The notes beneath the pieces are model-generated. The model was given only the letters and a program-made list of their open reading frames with translations. It had not been told where the DNA came from and did no database searches. The translations under genes were made by a program, and so were the position numbers. A stretch of DNA of 64,000 bases from Candidatus Poseidoniaceae archaeon (GTDB lineage: Archaea > Thermoplasmatota > Poseidoniia > Poseidoniales > Poseidoniaceae): positions 34,244 through 98,243 of the forward strand of contig JBMYVD010000001.1 in the NCBI GenBank assembly GCA_049606035.1, given 5' to 3'. Position 1 is the stretch's first letter, and each line of letters opens with the position of its first letter. Shown here piece by piece: positions 54,055-63,958 of this stretch.

Positions 54055-56859
54055 TTGGGAATTATAGACAATTTTGGAGCAGTAGCATCCTCGTACATGG
54101 ATCAAAAAGAGCAGTTGCAATCTGCTGAAGAAAAGCGTAAGCGTACTCGTGAAGGACACGGATTCTGGCCTCATGAAGTTCTACGTGACAGCCTTATCTT
54201 CGGATTCATGATATGTACACTTCTATTCTACGCATGGTTAATTCCACCACCACTTCACAGTGCAGCGGACCCATTCGCTCAAGCAGGATTCGTTTTCCCT
54301 GACTGGTATGTACTGTTTTCTTACGGTTACCTGCGATGGGGGGAATATCTACCTCAATTTGACGTACCTTTAGGGCCAATTGGTGATTTCTTTGGACAGC
54401 CATCGTTCCCATGGAACGCTGCATGGTGGGGTGCTTTCCTAACCGGAATCCCTGTCGGTATTCTAGCACTACCTCCTTTCTTGGGCGGTCGCGAAAAGAG
54501 ACCTGTTGAAGACCCATGGTTTGCTAGTGCTGGTGTAGTTTACTTAGCTCACATTTGGTTCATTTCAGTATTCTCTATCAACATCTTCCTTGAATTGTAT
54601 GGAAAGAATAGAAGCGACTTCTGTAAGTTAGACAGCCACGGCGATTTACTATGTGGTGTAAGGGATCCGTGGATTGCTGATTTATTCAATATGATACCCT
54701 GGGTAATGACAGGTATTCTTCTCTGGATAATGATCTACTTCATCGCTAAGTGGCTATTCAACAACGCATGGGGTGCAAGATTCACTCCAGCACACGGTAA
54801 GAAACTCATCGTTGGTGCTTTCATTGTTGCAACCGCTGCAAGCGTTGTTACATACCCGGTATACGATAACGGATTCTGGGATGCAAGGGGACTCTTAACA
54901 ATCTCAGATTACGAGAAATTGGAAGAGATGAGGTCGCAACCAACCGATGTTCAAGTAAATGAGAGAACTGAATTCATGGACCTACAAGGATTTGATGGAG
55001 ACATAGTTCCGGCAGCTGCATGGATGGATTGGAACATATATCAACCGACGCGGTATTATCTCATTGATTTCTCAGACAATAACGGACATCAAGATTTAGA
55101 TTCTGGTGTAAATGGCAAGTCTGGATTACAGAATTATTCTGCTGATGAAACTGTATGGGCTACCGGTTCATTCATCATCACTGATGATTATTGGCCTGAA
55201 GACAACGACTTCACTACAGTACCTTTAGACGCTACGTGCGCTACCAGAGCGAGTGAAGTCCTAATCGATGGGGGAGATTCAACCTCTGGAATGATTCAGT
55301 CAAGCCTAGTTATCACCCAAAGAGACAGTGGCGACGTTGTAGTCGACACTGATTGTAATACAGGAGAGTTAGGCGTGGAACTGGCATCGGGTACATACGA
55401 CTACGAGTTCAAGGTAGAATCAACCGATGGCCTAAGAGCAAACAACACAGTTACTGTTGAAACCTTATTCACAATTCAAGCATTCCAGCCACTTCTTCTC
55501 TATGATGACGATGCTGGAAACGGCCTTGCTGGAATGACTGTTGACCTATCTAACTCCCTAAACATGGAGTTAGAAGGTGAGAATATGGGAGTTATGGTGA
55601 ACCCAACTTACCACACCAACCCTCTAGCATTGGATGCTAAGTTGACTTATGCAATGTTCATCCCATGTATTACCGCAGGTGCAATCACATTCGTGGTATT
55701 GAGAAACATGGCTCGTGGATACGAGTTCGAAATGAACAAGTGTTACGGCTGTGACCTGTGTGATGATGCATGTCCAGTCAGACTCTTCAATGCTGGTGAC
55801 AAGTTGAACATCATTTACAACTCGTGGAATAACGAAGACGATGGTGTACCGCTGTATTCGTGTTTGACATGTACTGCATGTACAAACGCATGTCCACAAT
55901 TGGTCAACTACGATTCATACGTTGACATTCGCCGCTCACTTATCGTTGGTGGCCCGGCTGCTGAAATCCCTCACACTGTCCTGCAAGCAGTACTAGCTGC
56001 AGAAGCGGAGGAAGAGAGTGACGCTGATTTCGTCTCAGTCGAAGATTATCCAATCGATTCAAACATTGGCTACTACCCAGGATGTGTAGACTACCTAGAC
56101 CAAGAGATGGTATTCAGCCACCTAAACGAAGGCTCGATGGACCTAGGAGAAACCACAACTGCAGCATTCACATTATTCGAGGAGATGGGAACAGATGTCT
56201 CATATCTCGGACGTGACTTCCTGAAGTGTTGTGGGCACGACCAGAAGTGGCAAGGTCTTGATGAAGTGTTTGACAAACTCAAGGCATACAACCAGAAGAA
56301 GATCGAAGCATCCGGGATTGACACACTAGTTTCCTCATGCGCTGAATGTTTCAGAACATTCGCTCGTGATTACGAATTAGAAGGTGTCAAAGTCATGCAT
56401 ACAACAGAATTCCTAATCGAAAATGGATTCGACATGCAACTGAAGGCAGAGGATGAATTGACGGTTACCTATCACGACCCATGTAGACTAGGTAGACAGA
56501 TGGGAATCTATGATGAACCACGTGAACTAGTTGCTGGAGTCGAAGGTGTTGAACTTGTAGAGATGGAACACCATGGCGAAGATGCAATGTGCTGTGGAGT
56601 CTCAAGCATGATGTCTTGTAATGAGAACGCTCGTGCACTGAGAGTATCCAGAATGGAGGAAATCCGCAACACTGGCGCAGACATGATGATTACATCCTGT
56701 CCAAAGTGTGTATCTCACTTTGAGTGTCTCAAGTTCGAAGGCGACGAAAGGCATGACATCGAAATCCTTGATGTTGTATCATTCCTAGCACGCCAGGTTG
56801 AAGCAAAGAAGTCACTTGCTGAAGAAGCAAGTACATCGAGAGTTTCTGTTGAAGCTTAA
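54055..56859 (+). CDS. Fusion: cytochrome b C-terminal half (subunit IV-like, 5 TM) plus extracellular domain plus TM plus HdrD/GlcF-like domain (2x[4Fe-4S], 2xCCG)
   Basis: PDWYVLFSYGYLRW; CYGCDLCDDACP, CLTCTACTNACP; YPGC..CCGHD..SSCAEC and HDPC..MCCGVSS..TSCPKC. Confidence 0.75.
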   Translation: MGIIDNFGAVASSYMDQKEQLQSAEEKRKRTREGHGFWPHEVLRDSLIFGFMICTLLFYAWLIPPPLHSAADPFAQAGFVFPDWYVLFSYGYLRWGEYLPQFDVPLGPIGDFFGQPSFPWNAAWWGAFLTGIPVGILALPPFLGGREKRPVEDPWFASAGVVYLAHIWFISVFSINIFLELYGKNRSDFCKLDSHGDLLCGVRDPWIADLFNMIPWVMTGILLWIMIYFIAKWLFNNAWGARFTPAHGKKLIVGAFIVATAASVVTYPVYDNGFWDARGLLTISDYEKLEEMRSQPTDVQVNERTEFMDLQGFDGDIVPAAAWMDWNIYQPTRYYLIDFSDNNGHQDLDSGVNGKSGLQNYSADETVWATGSFIITDDYWPEDNDFTTVPLDATCATRASEVLIDGGDSTSGMIQSSLVITQRDSGDVVVDTDCNTGELGVELASGTYDYEFKVESTDGLRANNTVTVETLFTIQAFQPLLLYDDDAGNGLAGMTVDLSNSLNMELEGENMGVMVNPTYHTNPLALDAKLTYAMFIPCITAGAITFVVLRNMARGYEFEMNKCYGCDLCDDACPVRLFNAGDKLNIIYNSWNNEDDGVPLYSCLTCTACTNACPQLVNYDSYVDIRRSLIVGGPAAEIPHTVLQAVLAAEAEEESDADFVSVEDYPIDSNIGYYPGCVDYLDQEMVFSHLNEGSMDLGETTTAAFTLFEEMGTDVSYLGRDFLKCCGHDQKWQGLDEVFDKLKAYNQKKIEASGIDTLVSSCAECFRTFARDYELEGVKVMHTTEFLIENGFDMQLKAEDELTVTYHDPCRLGRQMGIYDEPRELVAGVEGVELVEMEHHGEDAMCCGVSSMMSCNENARALRVSRMEEIRNTGADMMITSCPKCVSHFECLKFEGDERHDIEILDVVSFLARQVEAKKSLAEEASTSRVSVEA

Positions 56860-56920
56860 ACAAGCACTCGACAACAAAAGTCGGGTTAAACTTGATTAGT
56901 GAGATTGACCAGTTCATATC

Positions 56921-57712
56921 ATGGATTACGACAGTCTTACTCTTCTTGAACTCAAGACAGTGTGCAAAGACAGAGGTCTCAAGGTTAGTGGTAACAAGGC
57001 TGAAGTCGTAATCAGACTAATGGAAGATGATGAATCAAAAATGCCTCAGTCTGTGTCTATTCCTCAACAGCAAGTCAATTATGGTCAGCAGCAAATGTAT
57101 GGACAACAGATGTATGGCGGGCAACCTCAACAAATCTTCATCACAAATAACACAACCAGTGTGGTTCAAATTACTGGATTCCTAATCATCTTATACGGTT
57201 TGTTTAGGCTCTTTTGGGGGATGTTCGCTGATGAAGACGAATACTTCTTTGTCTTATTTATCGGAACAGCGTTCATTTTCAGTGGGATACTATCTGTTCA
57301 AGGGTACCGAGTTGGACTGTATTTCGCCTTGATTACCCTAGTCATTTCGGGATTGCTTTCGCTCATCTATATCGACAAACAAGGCAGCTTTTTGTCAGTA
57401 GGACAAGGGACAGGTGAAGGATCGGTTGGTTTCTCATTATTCTGTTCAGGATTCTGTATGCTAATTGTAGCATTACCATTACTAACTGCAGATCCCTCAA
57501 ATTTCAGAGATGGTTCGCCAAAATATCTCAGATCGTTAATCGATACAGCAGATTGGTTCTCACCGATACCACTGCTGTGGGGAGGTAGAAAAGACGTTGA
57601 AACCAAGATAGTCATCAATTGTGCACATTGCGACGCACCACTGAAAGTACCAAGTGATTACAAGGGCAAAGTAAAGTGCCCAACATGTGAAGAAAGATTC
57701 GAAATCGAGTGA
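56921..57712 (+). CDS. Membrane protein with N-terminal SAP motif, Q-rich linker, 4 TM, and C-terminal MJ0042-type zinc ribbon
   Basis: LTLLELKTVCKDRGLKVSGNKAEVVIRLMEDD; QQQVNYGQQQMYGQQMYGGQ; INCAHCDAPLKVP..KCPTCEERF. Confidence 0.6.
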   Translation: MDYDSLTLLELKTVCKDRGLKVSGNKAEVVIRLMEDDESKMPQSVSIPQQQVNYGQQQMYGQQMYGGQPQQIFITNNTTSVVQITGFLIILYGLFRLFWGMFADEDEYFFVLFIGTAFIFSGILSVQGYRVGLYFALITLVISGLLSLIYIDKQGSFLSVGQGTGEGSVGFSLFCSGFCMLIVALPLLTADPSNFRDGSPKYLRSLIDTADWFSPIPLLWGGRKDVETKIVINCAHCDAPLKVPSDYKGKVKCPTCEERFEIE

Positions 57713-57714
57713 TT

Positions 57715-58002
57715 TCAGGGTTCCTCTTCCATTCCTCTAATCTCATAATTTGAGGGGAATAAAGCGACAATCACACCTGCAATTAGGAAACCAAGACCCA
57801 TACCAAACTCCTGTTGAACAAACAGGAATTCTAGTGCGAATACCACTAGAAGAAGTCCACCAATATTTGACACCCAAACTAGAGTCTTGAATGTCGATAG
57901 CGAAACTCCTGTGGTATTAGCTCCCCTCTTTGGACCAAATTCTCCTCCGAATCTTTGTGCGCCTTCATGTTCTGGTTGTTTTGACATAATATCACCTATC
58001 AA
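57715..58002 (-). CDS. Small 2-TM membrane protein, hypothetical
   Basis: ORF track; two hydrophobic helices. Confidence 0.3.
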   Translation of the reverse strand: MIGDIMSKQPEHEGAQRFGGEFGPKRGANTTGVSLSTFKTLVWVSNIGGLLLVVFALEFLFVQQEFGMGLGFLIAGVIVALFPSNYEIRGMEEEP

Positions 58003-58324
58003 TCATAGTAATTGCATCTGTTGGACATGCTAGCACACACAACCGGCACCCTGTGCAAGCATCTCGAATAATTCTCGCTTTTCTGTTGCTTGGAACTTGA
58101 AGTAGTGGAGAAGCCATGTCCTTGAAGTACAGTTCAATAGCATCATCATCGCATACTATTGTGCATTGATCACATCCAATGCACAGGTTCTCTGTAACCC
58201 AAGCAACAGTTCCCTCGCCACCTTTGATAGTGGACCTTCTCTCACCTTTTTGCCTGGCAAGAGAGATAGCGATTCGCTCAGCCTCAGCTTCGCGACGCTT
58301 GGCCAAATCATCACGAGTGGTCAT
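57992..58324 (-). CDS. 2x[4Fe-4S] ferredoxin-like protein
   Basis: CIGCDQCTIVC and CTGCRLCVLACP motifs. Confidence 0.7.
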   Translation of the reverse strand: MTTRDDLAKRREAEAERIAISLARQKGERRSTIKGGEGTVAWVTENLCIGCDQCTIVCDDDAIELYFKDMASPLLQVPSNRKARIIRDACTGCRLCVLACPTDAITMIDR

Positions 58325-58971
58325 ACATTTACCTCCACTAGGTGCTTACTTTCAAACCTCTCTACTGAAATATTCACCAACCAGTCTCCGAGGCAATAGA
58401 ATGCTCCAACAAGAAGAGGAGGATTCCAAGCGGTAAGTCCCGTCCATGGAACTTCATTTGCCCATGTCCAATTTGTGAGGTATGTCCCCCACAACTCCAT
58501 CAGAAGAGCAGCCCAAGCCATTGTTGCATAGAGTGCTGGCTGTGGGCCCCACTTGGTGAAAACAAGAACCAACACAAGCAAAAATACTGCAGAAGTATCT
58601 CCACCAGTCCATACTCCGTAAGCGACTAGAGGCACAAACGGCAGCAAACTCATCATCGCTTTATCTGCTGCAAGAAATTTACTCAGTCTTCGACCTGCGT
58701 CAAACAAGAACCAGTGACCAACTGGCACGAATAGAGGCATTAATCCACGTTGATATTCGTAAATTAACCAAACCTCTGAGAAAAACAATTCCATTGGAGT
58801 AGCGAATGCTAAGACAGTCAACATCTCAATCCGCTCTTTCCTTTCAGCCTCTTTGAATAACCAAGCAAATAGGCCTAAGCACCAGAAATTTACAGGCCAT
58901 TCAGCATACTTTGCACTAACGTACAAGCCAATGCCGATTGTCAATGCGTAAACTGCAACCCTGCGCATCAA
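58321..58971 (-). CDS. Polytopic membrane protein, hypothetical
   Basis: ORF track; 6 hydrophobic helices; overlaps the upstream gene by 4 nt. Confidence 0.45.
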   Translation of the reverse strand: MMRRVAVYALTIGIGLYVSAKYAEWPVNFWCLGLFAWLFKEAERKERIEMLTVLAFATPMELFFSEVWLIYEYQRGLMPLFVPVGHWFLFDAGRRLSKFLAADKAMMSLLPFVPLVAYGVWTGGDTSAVFLLVLVLVFTKWGPQPALYATMAWAALLMELWGTYLTNWTWANEVPWTGLTAWNPPLLVGAFYCLGDWLVNISVERFESKHLVEVNV

Positions 58972-58978
58972 ATCACCA

Positions 58979-59962
58979 TCATTGTATTTCTATTGAAACG
59001 CCTTCTGAACGCATTACTTCGATTACAAGTTCAATAACTTCGTTGGGTAAATCCTCAGGAGCAAATACTCCACTCTCAAGCATTTCAGGTCGGTCAACCC
59101 AAGCGATGACACAACTTGCTGTGACTAGACCAGTGGTCCTTGCCATACTGGAATCGGATTCTTTTCCATTATCTTCGATGATCCATCTCTGTGTATTCTT
59201 TCCAGCCTTGATGAAAACCTCCATCCAAGTGAACTCAGCCTTTGAGGGGTCCATTTTCCAAGCCTCAACCAATTCATCAGGGTTTAACTCACTCTCCTGA
59301 TATTTCTGAATATGACCCGGCCACCTAACCGTATATTCTCCCATATTTTCTACTGGGAGGTTTAGCAATGAGCGTAAACCATCGGTAAGGAATGCATCCA
59401 TTTGCCTTCCATTTGCATCGATTGAATGTAGTTCACTGATTGCAGGGACGCTCACTTTTTCGCCATTGGAAATAATCCTTGCAGGTCTTGTGTATTCAGC
59501 GATGACATCATGAGGAGAAAAAGGAGCCATGTAGGACCATTCACCGTCTGGTTGGGCAGGATTACCGCCAACTTTGATCGTGACTTCATCAAGAGTTCCG
59601 AACTCTCTGACTGCCATTGCAACTAGCATATTCGACAAACCAGGAGCGATTCCTACATCCCAAAGAATCGAACTACTAACATCAGTTAGCGTATCTGGTG
59701 TTGTTTCACTGAATGATAGATCTACTATTTTCAGATTAGAATCTTTGAGGGTTGATGTCATCTGATTACCCAAGGAACCCGGTAGCATGTTTACTACAAA
59801 ATCTGCCAAATCATGGTTTGCCTGCAAGGCATTCTCAAGATGAAAAGTGGCAGATGTCTGTCTTTCCGTTACATCGTATAGATGTACGTCAAAACCTGCT
59901 TCGACCAACTTTCTGGTCACGAAGGAGCCAACCAGGCCTCCTCCTAAGCAGTGAATTCGCAA
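58979..59962 (-). CDS. Saccharopine dehydrogenase-family NAD(P)-binding oxidoreductase (start likely TTG at about 59962, abutting the upstream stop)
   Basis: RIHCLGGGLVGSFVTRKLVEAGFDVHLYDV Rossmann; the track ORF extends to 60055 but would overlap the upstream gene by about 90 nt. Confidence 0.5.
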   Translation of the reverse strand: MRIHCLGGGLVGSFVTRKLVEAGFDVHLYDVTERQTSATFHLENALQANHDLADFVVNMLPGSLGNQMTSTLKDSNLKIVDLSFSETTPDTLTDVSSSILWDVGIAPGLSNMLVAMAVREFGTLDEVTIKVGGNPAQPDGEWSYMAPFSPHDVIAEYTRPARIISNGEKVSVPAISELHSIDANGRQMDAFLTDGLRSLLNLPVENMGEYTVRWPGHIQKYQESELNPDELVEAWKMDPSKAEFTWMEVFIKAGKNTQRWIIEDNGKESDSSMARTTGLVTASCVIAWVDRPEMLESGVFAPEDLPNEVIELVIEVMRSEGVSIEIQ

Positions 59963-59963
59963 A

Positions 59964-61169
59964 TCAACCCTCCATCTGTTTTTGAGATTCAGCGCCCATA
60001 GCAAGCATAGACAATTCTGACACAAGTGCGTGCCAACCATGTGCATGCTCACCAAACTGTGCGCCTACCTCGCTGTATGGTTTGAACTCAGCCGAGGGTG
60101 AATTTAGGTTTTCCATCTCTCCTTTCTTTGCATTTATTCGGTAAAACCAAGATGCAGCTTCTCCATCTACAAGGTAAACTACTGGCTCTACTGGGGCTCC
60201 CTCATCAGTATTAATCGCGGTCGGAACACCTTCTTGAATCAGGAAGTTTTCTACATCTACACCACCTTTAGAGTACATCAGTCGCTTAAATTTCCTATTA
60301 GAGAGATTCAACAATTCGCTACCACTTTTTACAGCCATTATTCCTAGACCGTAGGTACCACGGTCGTTTTTGATAAATGCAACAGGCTCTCTATCAATTC
60401 CTAATGTCTGATATTTCGCCTCAATTCTTGCCAGGAATTCATCGACTTCAGCCGCTAGCATTTGGCGGCATGATTCTTTTTCTAGACACTTATCTTCAGA
60501 AACGAACCAACTGGATAGGAGGTGCCATGGATCGATTTCAAGAATTTCAGCGATTTCATTGACGTATGCTTGTAGGCACTCATAGTGCTCGCTTTTTCTT
60601 CTCCTCTGCCAGCCCATATGGGGCGGTGGAGAAACTTGGTGTGCTCCGAGTCCACCAACCATGCCTTCTGTTAGGTCGTTATTCAACAGTACAAGACATG
60701 GCTTCTCTCCATCAATTAGCAGATTTTCTCCTTCAATTTCAACAGCATCCAATTTCAGAGGACCTGTAATTCCATCTAGAGAACCGTGCCCTTCAAGTTC
60801 TGGCGAACCTACCGTACATCTGAATCCTGCTTCTTGAATCAGACGCTTGATTGTTGCAACATTCTCGACATAACCAGGATTTCTTGTATGAGACTCAGGA
60901 TAAAGATGGACCCATGTACATCCCTCGTGCTTGCGGTTAATGTGATTTCTAAGCAGTGCTGCAAGATGAGGTTCATCCTCTGGAGAAGTATTGTTGAAAC
61001 CTGCAGGGAAATGGTTAGCATCCACAACTGCAACTTTCCAACCCGCGTCTCTAATGTCCACGCTTCCATAAATTGGGATTGGAACTTCACTGCGTTTCTT
61101 TGCCATCCATTCACTAATCAGTTCTCTATTATCTTCCAATTTTTGAGTTAGGTCGTGCACAAATGTCAT
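59964..61169 (-). CDS. Glutamate-cysteine ligase-like protein (GshA family; weakly supported, assigned from memory)
   Basis: IPIYGSVDIRDAGWKVAVVDANHFPAGFNN N-terminal signature as I recall for the GshA family. Confidence 0.4.
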   Translation of the reverse strand: MTFVHDLTQKLEDNRELISEWMAKKRSEVPIPIYGSVDIRDAGWKVAVVDANHFPAGFNNTSPEDEPHLAALLRNHINRKHEGCTWVHLYPESHTRNPGYVENVATIKRLIQEAGFRCTVGSPELEGHGSLDGITGPLKLDAVEIEGENLLIDGEKPCLVLLNNDLTEGMVGGLGAHQVSPPPHMGWQRRRKSEHYECLQAYVNEIAEILEIDPWHLLSSWFVSEDKCLEKESCRQMLAAEVDEFLARIEAKYQTLGIDREPVAFIKNDRGTYGLGIMAVKSGSELLNLSNRKFKRLMYSKGGVDVENFLIQEGVPTAINTDEGAPVEPVVYLVDGEAASWFYRINAKKGEMENLNSPSAEFKPYSEVGAQFGEHAHGWHALVSELSMLAMGAESQKQMEG

Positions 61170-62881
61170 CCTATCACCTCATCGAGTAATGATGCAGCGT
61201 CTCCGGTTTTTCTGCTTCTGCCGCCATCAAGAATGTGCATCGCTTCAAACAGACCTAGACCTATTGCGATATCTGGTTGTTTTAAGAGAGCCTTTTCCAT
61301 TGTTGGGTGGCGTGCAGCGATATCTTCGACTCGCGGCTGCAATTCTGCAAGTACAGCATCGATCATACGTGGGGAAGTTGCTCTTCCAGCTGGCAGTTTC
61401 GGCCTACGGACAATTTCTGCTGGCAAGTCAGTCAAATCGGCAGCCTTCCTAAGTGCTGCTTTTTCTTCTAGACTCTTTGGCAGTCTCCAGTCGATTGGCA
61501 ATTTGTTTGAAGCATCTCTGTGACGATAGCCCAAGAAAGGAACCCTAACTTCCAACCCATGTGCCATTGAGTGCCTGTCTACCAATCTTAACTGGAAGTT
61601 AGACAGTTGCCCGTGGTCTAATTCAAACTGCAAAAAGTCTTGTAAACTTTCACAATGTGCTTTCGGCGAGTGGTCTGCAGCCCACCATTCTTCACCAGTA
61701 AGTTTGCTTAGGTCACAATTCAAATCGTCTAACCTAGATTGAATTTCATTTGCATGGGCAGCCAAATCACGATACCTAGGATATCCTGCATGTAATTCAT
61801 CAGCACCTTGACCACATAGACCAACTGTTACAGATTCCGACATCTTTGCGAATAGGGGCTGGAAAAACAAAACCGTCAGGTCAAGGTCTTCGCCATGCCA
61901 GGCTAAGTCAGGTAAGCGTGAGTTGAAAGAATCCTCTTCTAAGATGTACTTATGATGCTCTAAATCTAAACTAGAAGCAACCAATTCTGCGGCTTGCCAA
62001 TCCGGATTATCTTCACTTTCCGCCACAGTCCAGCAGGCTGGAACCGGCTGGCCTGCCCTTTGTGCTGCCTCCCTAGCAACAGCACAGACCAAACTAGAAT
62101 CGAGTCCGCCCGAGAGCACTATGCCGACTGGCACATCAGCCATCAGTCGGTCTTTTACACTCTCAACAAAAGTCTCGAGTAGCTCCTCTGGGTCATTCCA
62201 AGAATCCGTTGGGGCGACTATCTGTTGCTCGAATCTTGCAATACTAGTCATGGTTGGCTTTCCATCAATCAACTCCCATACTTCGACAGTCCCCGGTCGC
62301 ACCTGATGCACACCCGCAAACAGTGTCGTTGCATCTAGAGGGTATTCCCATGCAATTCTTGCTCTCATTGCGAGGTCATCGATTGCAGGAATGTAATCCT
62401 CGTGGGCCCTCAGGGCTTTTGCCTCTGAAGAAAATAATAGTGAGTCTCCAACTATGGTTCTCATCAATGGCTTGATTCCCATTGCGTCTCTTGCTAAGAT
62501 AAGTTGACCTTCTGACCACAGTGCAAAGGCAAACATACCATCCAACTTAGATATCCACTTGGCATGTGTTGACGCATTTCCTTTACCGGTATGTAGAGAC
62601 ATAACAACTTCGCTATCGCCGTTTGTAGTGTATTGATACATGCTACTTTTTAGGCTCAGGTGATTGTAAATCTCTCCATTTACGACCGCCACTTTTCCAG
62701 GTCCGTAAATCGGCTGAGGAGAGCCAACGATGTCGACAATAGCTAACCTAGTGTGTGCGAGTCCACAATTGTCGTCGCTAAAGATACCTTGACCATCAGG
62801 ACCTCTGTGGTCCATTAGAAAATTCATGCGCGATAATATTGCTTGGTCTGGTTCACCAAGCATTCCGCCTATACCACACAT
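61166..62881 (-). CDS. asnB: Asparagine synthetase (glutamine-hydrolysing), class II amidotransferase
   Basis: N-terminal MCGI nucleophile; VLSGGLDSS PP-loop. Confidence 0.85.
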   Translation of the reverse strand: MCGIGGMLGEPDQAILSRMNFLMDHRGPDGQGIFSDDNCGLAHTRLAIVDIVGSPQPIYGPGKVAVVNGEIYNHLSLKSSMYQYTTNGDSEVVMSLHTGKGNASTHAKWISKLDGMFAFALWSEGQLILARDAMGIKPLMRTIVGDSLLFSSEAKALRAHEDYIPAIDDLAMRARIAWEYPLDATTLFAGVHQVRPGTVEVWELIDGKPTMTSIARFEQQIVAPTDSWNDPEELLETFVESVKDRLMADVPVGIVLSGGLDSSLVCAVAREAAQRAGQPVPACWTVAESEDNPDWQAAELVASSLDLEHHKYILEEDSFNSRLPDLAWHGEDLDLTVLFFQPLFAKMSESVTVGLCGQGADELHAGYPRYRDLAAHANEIQSRLDDLNCDLSKLTGEEWWAADHSPKAHCESLQDFLQFELDHGQLSNFQLRLVDRHSMAHGLEVRVPFLGYRHRDASNKLPIDWRLPKSLEEKAALRKAADLTDLPAEIVRRPKLPAGRATSPRMIDAVLAELQPRVEDIAARHPTMEKALLKQPDIAIGLGLFEAMHILDGGRSRKTGDAASLLDEVIG

Positions 62882-63090
62882 AGCACAGCCTGAACAACTT
62901 CATTCAAGATACCTTGCTTTGGTTCAAATCACCAAAGTGGATAAATGAACATTGTAACAATAAGCAGAACGAAAGCTAACAAAAATGCCAGTAGGTAGGT
63001 ACTCTGCGGAGGGTCCTTGGAAGGCGCTTCGTCACTCATTCTGTCTCACCTATCCTAACGGGATACTAGCAGCCATTTCAACATAATGGT

Positions 63091-63708
63091 CTACAGCCAT
63101 GGTAGGAGCATGATAGCAGCACACAGAGGGATAAGCAACATAGTAGCATTATCGTCTATCCACCTTAGTCTCGGCCATTCTGCTGCGACGCACAGTGGGG
63201 CCATGAAAACAGCCAACAAAATTGGAGTACCTAATTGGTACCAACATGCAACCCAAATTATTGCGAGAAATATTGAGCCAGAGATAAACACCGTTCTTGG
63301 AGGGTTACCTTTTCTTCTTACTTCGCCCAAAAACGGGTCGCCAAGTGACAGTGAAAGAATCAGAGGCCATACCAGTTCAGGATATTCTGACAATGTCAAA
63401 AATGTCAATCCAACAGCAAGTCCACCCCATGCAAGAGCGCTCACTTGCTTTGACTCATAATCGCGTTGACCAAAAATTGTGATTCCTAATTTTAGTCTTA
63501 CAGCCTCACTGAATGCGATTCCAAATGTCAACAGCGATACTAATTGTAGTTCGGTAATCGATGCAAAATCGGACAAATCATCAGCATATTCGTAGTAAAC
63601 CAATGGAATGAAAGACATACCAATATGAAAGGCTCTCCTGAAGAGATGACCATACATTCCGCCAACCGAGTGGTCAACTGGATCTGTTAACTCAACTTGA
63701 TCGCTCAC
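63091..63708 (-). CDS. Membrane protein, possibly CTP-dependent polyprenol/dolichol kinase-like family (weak)
   Basis: 6 TM helices; LSLGDPFLGEVRRKG..TVFISGS loosely resembles the CTP_transf_1 motif. Confidence 0.3.
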   Translation of the reverse strand: MSDQVELTDPVDHSVGGMYGHLFRRAFHIGMSFIPLVYYEYADDLSDFASITELQLVSLLTFGIAFSEAVRLKLGITIFGQRDYESKQVSALAWGGLAVGLTFLTLSEYPELVWPLILSLSLGDPFLGEVRRKGNPPRTVFISGSIFLAIIWVACWYQLGTPILLAVFMAPLCVAAEWPRLRWIDDNATMLLIPLCAAIMLLPWL

Positions 63709-63958
63709 TAAGTTCCCTCAGAGCGTCTTCGAGTCCTAACCCCTCTTCAGACATGCGGTTCAAAACCGACTCAAAGTTGGGATTTGAGGTGAGGATGCTT
63801 TCGTGCGCCATCAATAGTTGCTGTCTGCTTCTTGCGCGCTTGGATGAATTCCTCACTTCTAGAGTAGTCACTTGGATAACAAGTTCATCTAATCCATCAC
63901 CGGTAATTGTACTTGTCTTGATAATTTGAGGCATGTCGTTTGTTAATCCCAATGACAC
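63692..63958 (-). CDS. Small ORF or gene fragment near the window edge (ITGDGLDELV resembles a GTPase C-terminal G5 region)
   Basis: ORF track only. Confidence 0.2.
   Translation of the reverse strand: MSLGLTNDMPQIIKTSTITGDGLDELVIQVTTLEVRNSSKRARSRQQLLMAHESILTSNPNFESVLNRMSEEGLGLEDALRELSERSS

Noticed and set aside
62941-63033. Possible 36-aa single-TM micro-ORF on the minus strand (MSDEAPSKDPP...IYPLW) in the asnB upstream spacer
   Set aside because: It is too short and has no RBS or conservation evidence. It is noted only as a candidate small membrane protein.
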